DNA from: Proteromonas lacertae
Lineage: Eukaryota
DNA: 64,000 nt
Assembly: GCA_002245135.1 (NCBI GenBank)
Contig: NGBS01001199.1
Span: 1-64,000, forward strand
Direction of reading: 5' to 3'
The notes beneath the pieces were generated by a model. It had not been told where the DNA came from, ran no database searches, and worked only from the letters and a program-made list of their open reading frames with translations. How positions within the stretch are numbered: position 1 is the first letter of the stretch; each line of letters starts with the position of its first letter. The position numbers were made by a program, and so were the translations under genes. Of this stretch, positions 21,380 to 33,074 are shown in pieces.

Positions 21380-22429
21380 ATGAATGAAATAAGCCGTAAA
21401 ATATTATTATTATATATATATTTACTTCTTCTTTTATATTTATCCAATAAATATTATGTAACTAAGGTAATAAATTTGTTATTTGTATTTCCAGTTAATG
21501 GAAATCGAGGACCATCATCTTTAGCTAAGTCTTATATATATACCATAAATTATTTTTTAAATAATACCAATATAAACAAATACTTTCGATTTACAATTAA
21601 GAGTAAAATATCATTGAAAGATTATAAAGCTTACACCAAAATAAAGAATAATTTGATTTGGTTTTTATATGGAGATTTCTTCAATCAGCTAGCTTCTAAT
21701 TCAAACTCATTCTCTTATAAAAATACATTATACGGTCCAACTGTTAGTCCAATAAAATGGTTCAAATTTCCAATGAACAACACATATGAAGTTAAATGGA
21801 GTGAATGTATTAACAAAATATTTGCATATGTTGTTCAATCAGATAGAGTTAAAAATCATTTAATAGCTAAATCAAAACATATAACAAATATAGAAAAGAA
21901 GTATATAGTATCTCATGGCTGTATTATATCAAATTCATCATTAAACATATTATCATGGGATAATAGATATATCGATGTGTTGATTTATGCCAAATTTGCT
22001 GATGATAAAAAAGAAAAAGAATTACATCAGTTAATTGTAATGTTACAACAGAATTATGTTATAAAATTAATAAGATATGGAAATCACACAAGAGAATCAT
22101 TGCTAAACTTAGCATTAAACAGTAAAATATCTATATACTTTTCATTTTATGATTGTTGGCCATCCTCATTGATGGAAATATTAAGCGCTGGAGCGTATCC
22201 TATAGTACAGCAATGTGAATTAATAGAATATATAGGAGATTGCATAAAGTATTTTGAAAGAAGTTTAAACAAAATTAAAGATGTTGTTGAAAACCTTATA
22301 CTAAACAAATATAACTCAAAAGATATATCTGACTACTATAATAACAAAAATAATTGTTTAAAAATATTTAAATCTACATTAATAGAAATATATTTTAGAA
22401 AAACTAATAAAATGATACATAATATCTAA
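21380..22429 (+). CDS. Putative GT-B-fold glycosyltransferase
   Basis: TM anchor, GNRGPSSL, VVQS, DCWPSSLMEILSAG. Confidence 0.6.
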   Translation: MNEISRKILLLYIYLLLLLYLSNKYYVTKVINLLFVFPVNGNRGPSSLAKSYIYTINYFLNNTNINKYFRFTIKSKISLKDYKAYTKIKNNLIWFLYGDFFNQLASNSNSFSYKNTLYGPTVSPIKWFKFPMNNTYEVKWSECINKIFAYVVQSDRVKNHLIAKSKHITNIEKKYIVSHGCIISNSSLNILSWDNRYIDVLIYAKFADDKKEKELHQLIVMLQQNYVIKLIRYGNHTRESLLNLALNSKISIYFSFYDCWPSSLMEILSAGAYPIVQQCELIEYIGDCIKYFERSLNKIKDVVENLILNKYNSKDISDYYNNKNNCLKIFKSTLIEIYFRKTNKMIHNI

Positions 22430-22462
22430 TATAATATTATTATTAAGCTTAAATTAATGAAT

Positions 22463-23788
22463 TTAACTACAAACCATTTTTGATATATTAGTATTACATC
22501 CTAAAATATTTCTATTAGCAGTAGTATAATTATTAACTATTTGAATTAAATTATCTACATTATAACAATAAGGAAAATATATAAGCCTCTCAGCCCATAT
22601 GCCAACGCCCTTTTCTGTTGCCCAATCTGTTTCTTTTAATAATTTGTCCATTTCAGTGGGATAAGATGATGAAATGTTTTTAAATATTTCCCCTTCTATA
22701 TTCAAATTGCTAATATGCAATTGTTTAAATTTATTCCATTTTTGTAATATTAATATAGCTTTATCAATTATTTTTTTGATTTCTATTAAATTCAAACCAT
22801 ATATCCTCTTGTTAGATGGGTAATACAATGATATAAAATGCATTGATCCTTCTTGCACATATTGTTCCATAAAAAATGGGCATTTCCAAAATAATCCCCC
22901 TAAATTAATAATTATCCCTGGATCTGATATAAATGCAAAATTTAAAAGTCCAGTACCAGGACCTGATATATATATACTAGTGCAACTTAATATTTTTAAT
23001 TGATATTTGAAATCGCGAATTTTTCTCCAATCAATATACTTTATGTTAAATTTATATTTGTATATGTTGATTATTTTAAATAATATATTCTTTTCTTCTC
23101 TTGTATATCTTTTGTTATGTACTATAATAGCATATCTGTTTTTGCATTTTGTTATGTTATAGACATAATACATTCTTTTTCTCATCCACCATGTTGCTTT
23201 GTATTTTTTACCGCCAGGAATTGAATATTCTTTATTTGTACATCTTTGACACTGATGAGCTAATCCCACAACTAAAGTTTCTATAAGATATGAATTATTG
23301 TATAAATTACTTTCATATATAATTCTATTCATAGAAAAAGTTTCAAATATCTTAGTCTTCCAATTATTTTTCCAATTACTATTAGATTTAGATAATATAA
23401 TATGAAACTGATTCATATAAAATCTAAACTTTAACAATGATAAATACATTGAATATAAATCATCCCATAGTAAGTGGCCTATATTATTTTCATTAAATAA
23501 ACCTAAATAAAATGAAATACCTTTTATAATTTTATTGCTATTAATTTGGTAGTATTTGGTTGTAGGTTTGAAACATTCATTACTTTTTCTGCTATTTACT
23601 GAAACGCATTTAATATTTCTTTTTAAATTAATAACTATCCATTCACCTTTAACATAATAAACATTTCTATATATACATGTTCTATTATATGATGTTCCAA
23701 CACATCTTACTGATGATATACATTCAATATCTCTATAATAATATAATACTATTAGTATATAAAATAGTAAAATAAGCAAATTATACAT
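22463..23788 (-). CDS. GT61 (DUF563)-like glycosyltransferase
   Basis: TM anchor, CIYRNV, NIGHLLWDDL, QLKILSCTSIYISGPGTGLLN. Confidence 0.8.
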   Translation of the reverse strand: MYNLLILLFYILIVLYYYRDIECISSVRCVGTSYNRTCIYRNVYYVKGEWIVINLKRNIKCVSVNSRKSNECFKPTTKYYQINSNKIIKGISFYLGLFNENNIGHLLWDDLYSMYLSLLKFRFYMNQFHIILSKSNSNWKNNWKTKIFETFSMNRIIYESNLYNNSYLIETLVVGLAHQCQRCTNKEYSIPGGKKYKATWWMRKRMYYVYNITKCKNRYAIIVHNKRYTREEKNILFKIINIYKYKFNIKYIDWRKIRDFKYQLKILSCTSIYISGPGTGLLNFAFISDPGIIINLGGLFWKCPFFMEQYVQEGSMHFISLYYPSNKRIYGLNLIEIKKIIDKAILILQKWNKFKQLHISNLNIEGEIFKNISSSYPTEMDKLLKETDWATEKGVGIWAERLIYFPYCYNVDNLIQIVNNYTTANRNILGCNTNISKMVCS

Positions 23789-23818
23789 TCTTCTACTTAA
23801 TCATTAATTAAAACAAAA

Positions 23819-24640
23819 ATGAATATTATTACCTTTAGTTTTTTTATTTTATTTCTACTTTTTTTTGTTGAAATATTATTTAAAAAATATGTTCATGAAA
23901 CTGAAACAAATAATTGTATATCTTTAATTATACCTTCAACTGAGAAAGACTTCTTATATTGTTATAAACAATTTTTTCATTATACTAATAGTTTTTATAC
24001 TGCCAAGGAAATTATATTATCTATTAGTTCTGTTACAAACACATCATATATAATACACATAATTAAAAATTTAACAATAAGAAATAAAATAATTATTGGT
24101 TTGCGAAAATCTAGACATAATGCTGCATCAAATAGAAATTATGGATTTCTATTAAGTAGGTGTGGAATAGTCTCATTTTTTGATATGGATGATCTAATGA
24201 CTGTGAATAGATTATCAATACTATACAAATTTTTCACATATGATAGAACTACCGAATTTGTATTACATAAATATTCTTCTGAATGCAAAGGATTACTGAA
24301 TAGAAAATACTCAGATAATTTATGGCAACTTAAGTATAACTTGTCTTATGAATATATACATCAAATGTATAGTATAACATATTTAAAAGAAAAATCTAAC
24401 GATATGTGGTGTTGCAAACATATAAATGAATTAAAAAATGAAAAAATTCATAATGGTTGGGCAACAATGAGAAGATATATTCTAAAAGAGATAAAGTATA
24501 ATGCAAGCTATGAATGTGGAGAAGATTCTGATTTTAATACAAAAGCAATACTAAATCATTATAATACTACTATACTAAATATTAGTTTAGGGTATTATGT
24601 GAAGGATAATAAATGCAAAAATATTAATTATTGTATATAA
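23819..24640 (+). CDS. GT2 glycosyltransferase
   Basis: TM anchor, SLIIPS, NAASNRNYG, SFFDMDD, GEDSDF. Confidence 0.85.
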   Translation: MNIITFSFFILFLLFFVEILFKKYVHETETNNCISLIIPSTEKDFLYCYKQFFHYTNSFYTAKEIILSISSVTNTSYIIHIIKNLTIRNKIIIGLRKSRHNAASNRNYGFLLSRCGIVSFFDMDDLMTVNRLSILYKFFTYDRTTEFVLHKYSSECKGLLNRKYSDNLWQLKYNLSYEYIHQMYSITYLKEKSNDMWCCKHINELKNEKIHNGWATMRRYILKEIKYNASYECGEDSDFNTKAILNHYNTTILNISLGYYVKDNKCKNINYCI

Positions 24641-24675
24641 TTATTAAATTTGTATTATTTTAACTAAGAATAATT

Positions 24676-25728
24676 ATGCTTTATAGATTTAGCAATTTAT
24701 TACTAATATTATTAGGTATATATATTCTACTTTTATTATTATATTCATATATTAACATAGTATTATTAATTGACAATGCAAATGATTTATTTTTCTCAAA
24801 AGAAATGAAGATTTTTATACATGATACATCTATATATAATAATTTCTTAAAATGTCAAAACTTAACAGATTTATATATTATACGAAAGAAATGTATATAT
24901 AGAAAAAGAGGATATAGCGGTCATCCTAAGAAACACACTTTTTCATATCCTTTAGATAATAGAATTCAACTAATGCCATATAATATTATTTTTTATGTTG
25001 AATTATTGATCTTCATACATTGTAGACCAGATGAATTTTATGAAAGATTTCTGTTTAGAAAATATACGCATTATTTAAGTAACATATACATAATATTTCT
25101 AACATCTAAAAGTTTAAAGAAAGAAATTAATAAGAGAATAAAGCAAGAATCTTTACTTAATAATGATATTCTGCAATTTAATGAATTTTCATCCTATTTT
25201 AATTTAAGTATTCAAACTGTTCATATGTTAATTTGGTCTCAACATATAAAATTCAAATATCTATTGAAATCAGATATTGATGTATATATTAATATTCCTT
25301 TATTATTGAAAATAATAAGGAGTTTTAGAAGTAATGATGTTAATTTTGCAGCAGGACGTTTATCATATACATCTGTTTTAAGAAATAAAAAGTATAGCCA
25401 CTATGTTCCTATAAATGTAATAAAAGAAAAAATGTTTCCACCATATTTACAAGGAATGGGATATGTTATTCCCTATAATACTGTGAAATTAATGGTTAAA
25501 ACTATAAAATATGTAGAACCAAAAATTTGGATTGAAGATGTATTTCTAGGTTATTTATTTAGATATAATAACATTTCTTTAATAAATCTATCTAATTATA
25601 TATTAAGAGATATTCCTTTTAATTTGTGTATAGTAATGCATAATATAAACAGATATATATTCATTCATGGATTATATCCTATTGAAATATATATTATGAA
25701 AGGTATGAACATGACTATTGTTGATTAG
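24676..25728 (+). CDS. GT31 beta-1,3-galactosyltransferase-like
   Basis: SYFNLS, LLKSDIDVYIN, FPPYLQGMGY, WIEDVFLG. Confidence 0.9.
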   Translation: MLYRFSNLLLILLGIYILLLLLYSYINIVLLIDNANDLFFSKEMKIFIHDTSIYNNFLKCQNLTDLYIIRKKCIYRKRGYSGHPKKHTFSYPLDNRIQLMPYNIIFYVELLIFIHCRPDEFYERFLFRKYTHYLSNIYIIFLTSKSLKKEINKRIKQESLLNNDILQFNEFSSYFNLSIQTVHMLIWSQHIKFKYLLKSDIDVYINIPLLLKIIRSFRSNDVNFAAGRLSYTSVLRNKKYSHYVPINVIKEKMFPPYLQGMGYVIPYNTVKLMVKTIKYVEPKIWIEDVFLGYLFRYNNISLINLSNYILRDIPFNLCIVMHNINRYIFIHGLYPIEIYIMKGMNMTIVD

Positions 25729-25784
25729 ATATATATTTATTTAACAATATATGCATATTCAATGTAACTTTATGTTAGGAAAGA

Positions 25785-26841
25785 ATGTTTTCTATTATTA
25801 TATTAACATTATTACTTTTATATTTATACAATATTCATCTATCTAAGAATGTTAAGAAAGGGATTATATTTGGAATTGCATCAAATGATGGTCTAGGTAA
25901 TAGAATTGCAGGAATTCCTGGAACATTTCTATTATCTTTACTTTCTAATAGACATTTTCATAGTATTACTATAATATTAATAAATAGTTATTGGAAATAG
26001 TTTGGATAAATATTTTGATCTAAAAATTTTTGACAATTTAAATATTAAACAAACATTACAAATAAATATATCATTAACATTTTCATTTTATAGATATTGT
26101 ATTGATCAAACGGAGATGATTAATAGAATTATCAATTCACATATATATTCAATATCTATTAGAAGCATTCATGATTTAGTACCGACAATAATTAAAACAA
26201 GAAAATATTATTCAATATTACGCAAATTAAATTTTATTAAATGTTCAAAAATGAACAATATTTTAAATCAAATTCTTGAAGTGAATTATGTTCTATACAA
26301 TAGATATTTCTATTTTCATAAAAAACATGAAAATATTGGTCATAATATAATTAGAAACTATAATAATATTTTTAAAATAGGAATTCATGCCAGGCAGTTG
26401 GATGAATGTTTAGAATCGTGTATAGTAAATTATAAAGATGTTAGTTTAATAAAAAATATAACAACAAATATTTGCAATAATAAATGTTATATAATTTTAA
26501 GTTCAAATAGCAGGAATTTTACAGATTATTTTAAAAGAATAAATAATAATAATATATATATATATAAATCAAATATTGATGTTAAACATTCCTTTTTTTC
26601 AGAAAGAATAGAAAATGAAGATATTGAAAAAATAATGGTTGACATATATTTAATTAGCAGGTGTGATATATTAATATTGAGTGGAGGATCAACATTTTCT
26701 CTATTAATATTAAACATTGGATATTATAAAAACTATAATATATGTCAAAAAAAGCATTACTATTTTTGGAATAATTATGAAAAATATGATCATTTAGAAA
26801 AAGCAAGAATAAAATCTAATTGCATAAATATAAATATATAA
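25785..26841 (+). CDS. Fucosyltransferase-like (GT11/GT23/GT37 clan), one intron
   Basis: DGLGNR, IGIHAR, DIYLISRCDILILSGGSTFS; a GT-AG intron at 25963-25987 joins the two ORFs in frame. Confidence 0.8.
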
Positions 26842-26891
26842 ATATAAAGAGATATTTTAAAAAGAATATTTATATTGACTTTATAATTTAT

Positions 26892-28170
26892 ATGTTACTT
26901 TTTAAATTCTATATATTGTTTATATTTTTATTAGTTACTATATCATTTTTACATAATGTAGATAATGACACAATGATGATAGTGCCTGCCGATTTATATT
27001 ACTTTAATACAGTCAGAAATTTTTATGAATTGGTAGTTAAATATTTCGGAATAAAAAAATTTAGAGTAGTTGCTACATCAACTAAAATGTATTATAAATG
27101 CAAAGATTATAATATTCCTGTTGATATATCTCCTAAATTAATTGAAGAGGGAAAAGAAGGAAATAAAATCCATACTATAGGATTTGCTAAAAAGATGAGA
27201 TTAAAACATATAATATTTTTAAAATATTTAAAAATTACCAAATATTTAATTGCAATAGATGCAGATATATTTTTCTTTAAACATCCATATTCTTTGTTAG
27301 ATTATTTTAATTCATCAGTTGATATAGTCTTAGCTTGTGATAGTTCTTCGTGCAAAGTTTTGAACTATGGTTTAGTGTATATTTTATTAATATATTTTAA
27401 ATAATATTAGAGTTTTTAAAAATAGTAAATTCACTATTCATTACTTGAATGATTTAATTGAGATTGAAAAAAAATGTAAATCATATGAATGGAAATATTC
27501 AGAACAAAGTTTAGCAAATTTATATATGCAAAAAATAAATTATAGTCGTATAATATATTTAACTATAAATAAATTTATGGATGGATATAACCTTTTTAAT
27601 AGAATTGGATTTTTGTATAACAGGTCTTCCAACTATCTTAATTTAATAGGATTTCATAATGATTATACATTTGGAATTGTTTCAAAAACATATAGAATGA
27701 AAGAACTAGGAATGTATGTTATTGATGATGATGCATATTATTCATCGAAATTGAATAAATATGTGTATTTTAACAATAACATATTTTACACAAGTTCAAA
27801 AAATGTTACACTCATTTTATCTACTATCTTATTCATTAGCAATCTGTTAAATAGAATATTAATATTACCTCGTTTACCATGCAATAACAATAATCGCACA
27901 TGCACATTCGTTAGAATGTATAATTTGGAGTATTTCGAAAAAAAGTGTGGAAAGAATTATAGAGAAAATTCATTTTTGTATTCTAGCAAAATTCCTTCTT
28001 CTATACTTAGCAAATGTGTTATAACATCAATAAAAACAGAAAAAGATTTCAAAAATCTAAAACGAATTGATAATCAGCTAATTATAATAAATGATTTAGG
28101 ATTTTATAATTCATATTATATGTATTGCTTTAGAGACGATAATTATTGGCAAAGAAAATTTGAACTATAA
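26892..28170 (+). CDS. Nucleotide-diphospho-sugar transferase (GT77-like), one intron
   Basis: TM anchor, IAIDADIFF, LNYG, EQ, FHNDY, RENSFL; a GT-AG intron at 27377-27410 gives GLVVFKNSK. Confidence 0.8.
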
Positions 28171-28187
28171 CATTTAATATAAATCTA

Positions 28188-29195
28188 TTATTTTATTAAC
28201 ACTTTATTAATACTTATTAGTAAAATTTCTGCTGGCCTTAAACCATGAATGAAAGCCTTATTTCTAAGAAAATATAGATTTGTCTTTTCTATATATGACA
28301 TATCAGTGTATTTAGATATATCTAAATATTTTAAGTTACAAAATTTCATTATTTTACCAAATAAAGCATCTTCAATCCATATGAAGGATTTAATAATTCT
28401 AATGTAATTGTTAATACAACTTAATACAGTTGTTCTAAATAGAAATCCAGGACCATATGGATAAGGAGGATAAGGAATATAAGATCTTGACTTATCTTCA
28501 CAATAAATAGACCATTTCGCATGAGGAGAACATGGCAATTTGGGATATTGATGAATTGATCCAACAACAGATATATTTTTATTACAATTATTTATTATGT
28601 CAAATATCAAAGTTATATTAAAATATGTATCTATATCTAATTTTAAAATCCATTTAATATTTTTACAATTATTATACATATATTGGTAGAAGCAAATCAT
28701 AATTAATGAACAATTATAATATGTTGATTCAATGCTAAATAATATAATGTCATTATAAATATTTATTTCATTGTAAATTGAATTTTTCAAATTTTCTTTA
28801 TTTGAAAAACCTGTAATGAAAGAATATTTAATATTTTTCATCATTTTTAACACTCTTCTCATTATCATTCTTTCATACAATAATTCTGGACGACTAAGAA
28901 TGCCAATAAATATTATTGCATTTGAACAATCTATTTTGTTAAATTTATTACATAATATAGTCATAGACTGTGATATATATGAATTGTGTGAAGAAGTAGT
29001 TATTAATGGAAAATGATAATATGTTTTATTCCTACCGCATTTAAGATCATATATTAATCTCATACAATCTGAATATATTTTATATTCATAATCAATTCTT
29101 TTATTAATTTCATCAAATAATTTGTTTCTGTTATATATAATATCATGATATACAAATAATATAATAAATAAGTAAAAAGTAAATATTAACTTCAC
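28188..29195 (-). CDS. GT31 beta-1,3-galactosyltransferase-like
   Basis: STYYNCS, WILKLDIDTYFN, YPPYPYGPG, WIEDALFG. Confidence 0.9.
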   Translation of the reverse strand: MKLIFTFYLFIILFVYHDIIYNRNKLFDEINKRIDYEYKIYSDCMRLIYDLKCGRNKTYYHFPLITTSSHNSYISQSMTILCNKFNKIDCSNAIIFIGILSRPELLYERMIMRRVLKMMKNIKYSFITGFSNKENLKNSIYNEINIYNDIILFSIESTYYNCSLIMICFYQYMYNNCKNIKWILKLDIDTYFNITLIFDIINNCNKNISVVGSIHQYPKLPCSPHAKWSIYCEDKSRSYIPYPPYPYGPGFLFRTTVLSCINNYIRIIKSFIWIEDALFGKIMKFCNLKYLDISKYTDMSYIEKTNLYFLRNKAFIHGLRPAEILLISINKVLIK

Positions 29196-29426
29196 AGTCT
29201 CTTTTCTTCTAGATGAATTTAATTGGTATATTAAAGATGTTAATGTTTTAAAACTATCATTATACTTTGCCTATCATACTCGCCTAATAGAATGAACAGG
29301 TCACATTTCCATCACCTTCTATTTTAAAAATAAATCCATATATTATAAGTATCTATGCATGATGTCTATAAGAATCAAAATAAAATACATTTCTAATGTG
29401 ATTTAGTTTTAAGTACTTAATGATAA

Positions 29427-31229
29427 ATGTATTTTAATTATATTGAATTTTTAAGAGGATTATCATGTTTATTGATTGTGTTTTATCATATTAATCCACA
29501 AATAATTCCAAATGGATTTTTGGGAGTAGATCAGTTCTTTATAATATCTGGATATCTAATTACTTTTTCAAATCAACATAGCAGATATTATACTTCATTG
29601 AACTTTTTACATAAGCGTGTGAAGAGAATAATTCCATTAAAAGGTGTAATATTATTTTTTGTTAATTTTATGAATAAAATTTATCTAAAAGAATCTATTA
29701 TTAATTTAGAATATGATACTATTAATGCGCTTTTATTTATTTTAAATGTTAAACTTATTCATGATAATAACAATTATTTTTCCTCATTAAGTGTAAATTT
29801 AATTCTTAATTTTTGGTCATTATCAGTTGAGGAGCAATACTATATATTTATTTCCATTATATCTTATGTAACTATCAAATTTTCTTTTAACGCTTCAATT
29901 ATATATCATCTATCTTTAATTATTTTATCTTTCGAATTCTTTAGGTATTACTATCATAGTTATTTTGTTATGTCATTTTATAGTTTTTTTTCGAGATTTT
30001 GGGAATTTAGTTGTGGCTCATTAATTAATTTTAATTCATATAAAACTTCAAATCAAATACTTATTTGTCTAGTTGTTTTTATCCAATTATCATTAATGTT
30101 TTCTGATTTAAAAGGTATTTTCTGTTTTATTATGATTAATTTTGTAAGTATTTATAACATAATTTATTCTAGGAACAATAAAAATAGTATTATATCTTGT
30201 GGAATAATCAATTATATTGGTAGAATATCATATTCAGTTTATCTTTCACACTATTCTATTGTTATAATATTTAGTAAAGGAAATGCTCTGATAATCACTG
30301 TATTTATTAGTATTATTTCCTATTATTTCATTGAACAAATATTTAGAAAATATGTTTCAGGGTGTGTTATATTGTTTATCTATTCTATATTTATATTCTG
30401 GAATTATAAATTGTATATTAGAGATTATAGAATGTCAATAATAAAATCTATAAATAAGAACTTCATAAAAGATATGTGTTCATATGATATTGTTGATAAT
30501 TTAATAGTATCAGCATGGAAAATATTATTATTAGGTGATTCACATGTTATTCATTATATAAGAGCATTTTATAATAATAAAATTGACATAATCTTATATC
30601 ATTCATATTATAATGATGTAGATTTATATAATAGTAATTACCATGAGATTAATTATTTGTTCAAATATCACTTTGATATAATAATCATGGGATTCTGGGA
30701 ACAGTTGAACAGAAGAAATGCATCTTACAAATATAAAATATATTTGTTAATTTTATACATAAAAAATTTAACAAATAATATTTTAGTTATATCAGATAAC
30801 CCCATGGTAAGTATTAATCCAAATAATTGTTTATTATCAAAGAAATGTAGTTATGCCATTATAAACATAAATTGTACATATATTCTTCCTCAAAAATTGT
30901 CAACTTATCAATACCCTCAAAATATGAAAGTATATGATTACAATACTAATAAATATACATTAAAAGGAAATAAATGTCTTTTAGATTTTAATGAAATTCC
31001 GATATATAGAGATGAGCATCACTATAGTGGATTATTCGTTGAAAAAATATTGATGAGTGATATTCATTCTGTATTAAATACAATATTACATAAGAATTTT
31101 TATAAGAAAAATTCAATTGTAGATTTAAAATTTCACTGTTTAGAAAAAGATCATAATATATATGGAGGAATATGTCAAGCAAATAGATATAAAATTTCTA
31201 AAATACATATAAATAATTATAAGAAATAG
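29427..31229 (+). CDS. Acyltransferase-3 plus SGNH fusion (OafA/OatA-like O-acetyltransferase)
   Basis: LRGL..VFYH, GFLGVDQFFIISGYLI, FWSLSVEEQYY, LLGDSH, YRDEHH. Confidence 0.9.
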   Translation: MYFNYIEFLRGLSCLLIVFYHINPQIIPNGFLGVDQFFIISGYLITFSNQHSRYYTSLNFLHKRVKRIIPLKGVILFFVNFMNKIYLKESIINLEYDTINALLFILNVKLIHDNNNYFSSLSVNLILNFWSLSVEEQYYIFISIISYVTIKFSFNASIIYHLSLIILSFEFFRYYYHSYFVMSFYSFFSRFWEFSCGSLINFNSYKTSNQILICLVVFIQLSLMFSDLKGIFCFIMINFVSIYNIIYSRNNKNSIISCGIINYIGRISYSVYLSHYSIVIIFSKGNALIITVFISIISYYFIEQIFRKYVSGCVILFIYSIFIFWNYKLYIRDYRMSIIKSINKNFIKDMCSYDIVDNLIVSAWKILLLGDSHVIHYIRAFYNNKIDIILYHSYYNDVDLYNSNYHEINYLFKYHFDIIIMGFWEQLNRRNASYKYKIYLLILYIKNLTNNILVISDNPMVSINPNNCLLSKKCSYAIININCTYILPQKLSTYQYPQNMKVYDYNTNKYTLKGNKCLLDFNEIPIYRDEHHYSGLFVEKILMSDIHSVLNTILHKNFYKKNSIVDLKFHCLEKDHNIYGGICQANRYKISKIHINNYKK

Positions 31230-31262
31230 CTATTGCATGGAGGTAGTTTCTGTAAAAATATA

Positions 31263-33074
31263 CTAAAAAGCATAGAATGTAGGATATTCAGCAAAACCAA
31301 ATTGATTGTATTTTGCTTCTTTTATTGTGCTTAAATTGTATTTTATATAATATAAATAATTAGATTTTGTATATGTTGATAAAATAAAACTTTTACATAT
31401 AATAGTTTTATTTTTTGCCTTTTGTAGATATATTCCAAGCACTTTATTTAGTGTATTATAAATAAAATCTGATTTACATATAAACAACTTGCTTAAGTGA
31501 TGCATATCACTATATATTTCTCTGTTATAAATATTATCTATGCAACTTGAATTTCCTTTACAATAAATGTTAAAATAGTCGATATATTTTATCTTTTTAT
31601 GTATAATTATAGGTAGCAAATGCTGTTTACATATTTTATCATTTAGTCTAATTCTATGAGGATTATCTTGAATTATAATTATTCCTTTAGCTATTGACAG
31701 TATGGTTTTTATTAAAATAGTAAAACAATTTTCAAATCTACTTTTATTTGTATGGAGAAACAAATAATCCACATATAAAGATATAATAGATATAGATATT
31801 CTTTTCATATCTAGAATAAAACTTGTTAAAGGTATACAATTCTTTTCTATGTTAATTATCCATGAATGAATGAATAGAACAATATCAACATCATAATTTC
31901 TAAGTGAAGTAATTAATACTGATAAGTATTGCATAAGATGTGAATCGCCTATTAGCGTTACAGTCTTTTTGTTAATTTCATTTTTAAAATTTTGGCATTT
32001 TATACCATACAAACAATAATTATTGTTAGTATTTAGAATAGTTTTTTGTATATCATTATTAACTATAATTGATTTTCTTAAACGCAAAAGAAATATAACT
32101 AACATCAATAAGCATATTGTACATATTACTTCATTATTTTTGATATTCCTAATAGGTAGTTCAATAAACTTGACAATATTGAATGATATACAGAATAACT
32201 TAATTAAAATGATATTAATTGATGGGTTGTTTTGAATAATCGGATAATGAAATAAATACAAAACATAAGACATATTTCCTATCACATTTAGCAATACACT
32301 ATCATATATATAATTATTTCTTTGAAGCAATAGAGCAATAGTTAGTGAAGTAGGTAAAAATGCAATGAATCCTGGAAATTGTATTGATGAATATAAACCA
32401 ATGAAATAAGATGATAATATAAGGCAGAACACAATAAAGATAGGATTCATATTAATATTTCTGCTACAATTTATAACAGCACATCCTTGTAGCAATTCCC
32501 AAGCTCTATTTTGTAGTAGATAATAAGAGGAGGAATTATTACTTATACTGAAAATAATACAACTAATATAACTACAAGCAACTATTATTAAGTATATGAA
32601 AATGTTGTGCTTAATTCTATAAAAAAATATTGGGTAAATGAAATAGAATTGTTCTTCTAATGATAAAGACCAATAGTTTAAAATAATAGACTTATTTTTG
32701 CTTTGAAAATAGCTCTTTGTAATTTTATTAAATCTAATATTTGACATACATAGTAACGCTGATATTATATCATAATACAATTGATTTTCATCACTAATTG
32801 ATTTATTTATTGTTGGATGATAATTATAGTAACATATAAGGCATATAATACTAGATGGAAATAGTCTTTTTATTCTTCTTGTATAAAACAAAACTATGTT
32901 GTAATAATTGTTATCATCACTGCATGAAGACTTTGTAATGATATATCCAGATATAACAAAAAAAATATCTACTCCTATAAATCCACCAGGTGCAAAATTT
33001 GTATTTAAATGATAAGCAAATACTAATAAAAATGCAATAGATCTTAATTCTTGAACATCATATCTATATTCCAT
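31263..33074 (-). CDS. Acyltransferase-3 plus SGNH fusion (OafA/OatA-like O-acetyltransferase)
   Basis: YRYDVQELR, GGFIGVDIFFVISGYII, YWSLSLEEQFY, LIGDSH, YSDMHHL. Confidence 0.9.
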   Translation of the reverse strand: MEYRYDVQELRSIAFLLVFAYHLNTNFAPGGFIGVDIFFVISGYIITKSSCSDDNNYYNIVLFYTRRIKRLFPSSIICLICYYNYHPTINKSISDENQLYYDIISALLCMSNIRFNKITKSYFQSKNKSIILNYWSLSLEEQFYFIYPIFFYRIKHNIFIYLIIVACSYISCIIFSISNNSSSYYLLQNRAWELLQGCAVINCSRNINMNPIFIVFCLILSSYFIGLYSSIQFPGFIAFLPTSLTIALLLQRNNYIYDSVLLNVIGNMSYVLYLFHYPIIQNNPSINIILIKLFCISFNIVKFIELPIRNIKNNEVICTICLLMLVIFLLRLRKSIIVNNDIQKTILNTNNNYCLYGIKCQNFKNEINKKTVTLIGDSHLMQYLSVLITSLRNYDVDIVLFIHSWIINIEKNCIPLTSFILDMKRISISIISLYVDYLFLHTNKSRFENCFTILIKTILSIAKGIIIIQDNPHRIRLNDKICKQHLLPIIIHKKIKYIDYFNIYCKGNSSCIDNIYNREIYSDMHHLSKLFICKSDFIYNTLNKVLGIYLQKAKNKTIICKSFILSTYTKSNYLYYIKYNLSTIKEAKYNQFGFAEYPTFYAF

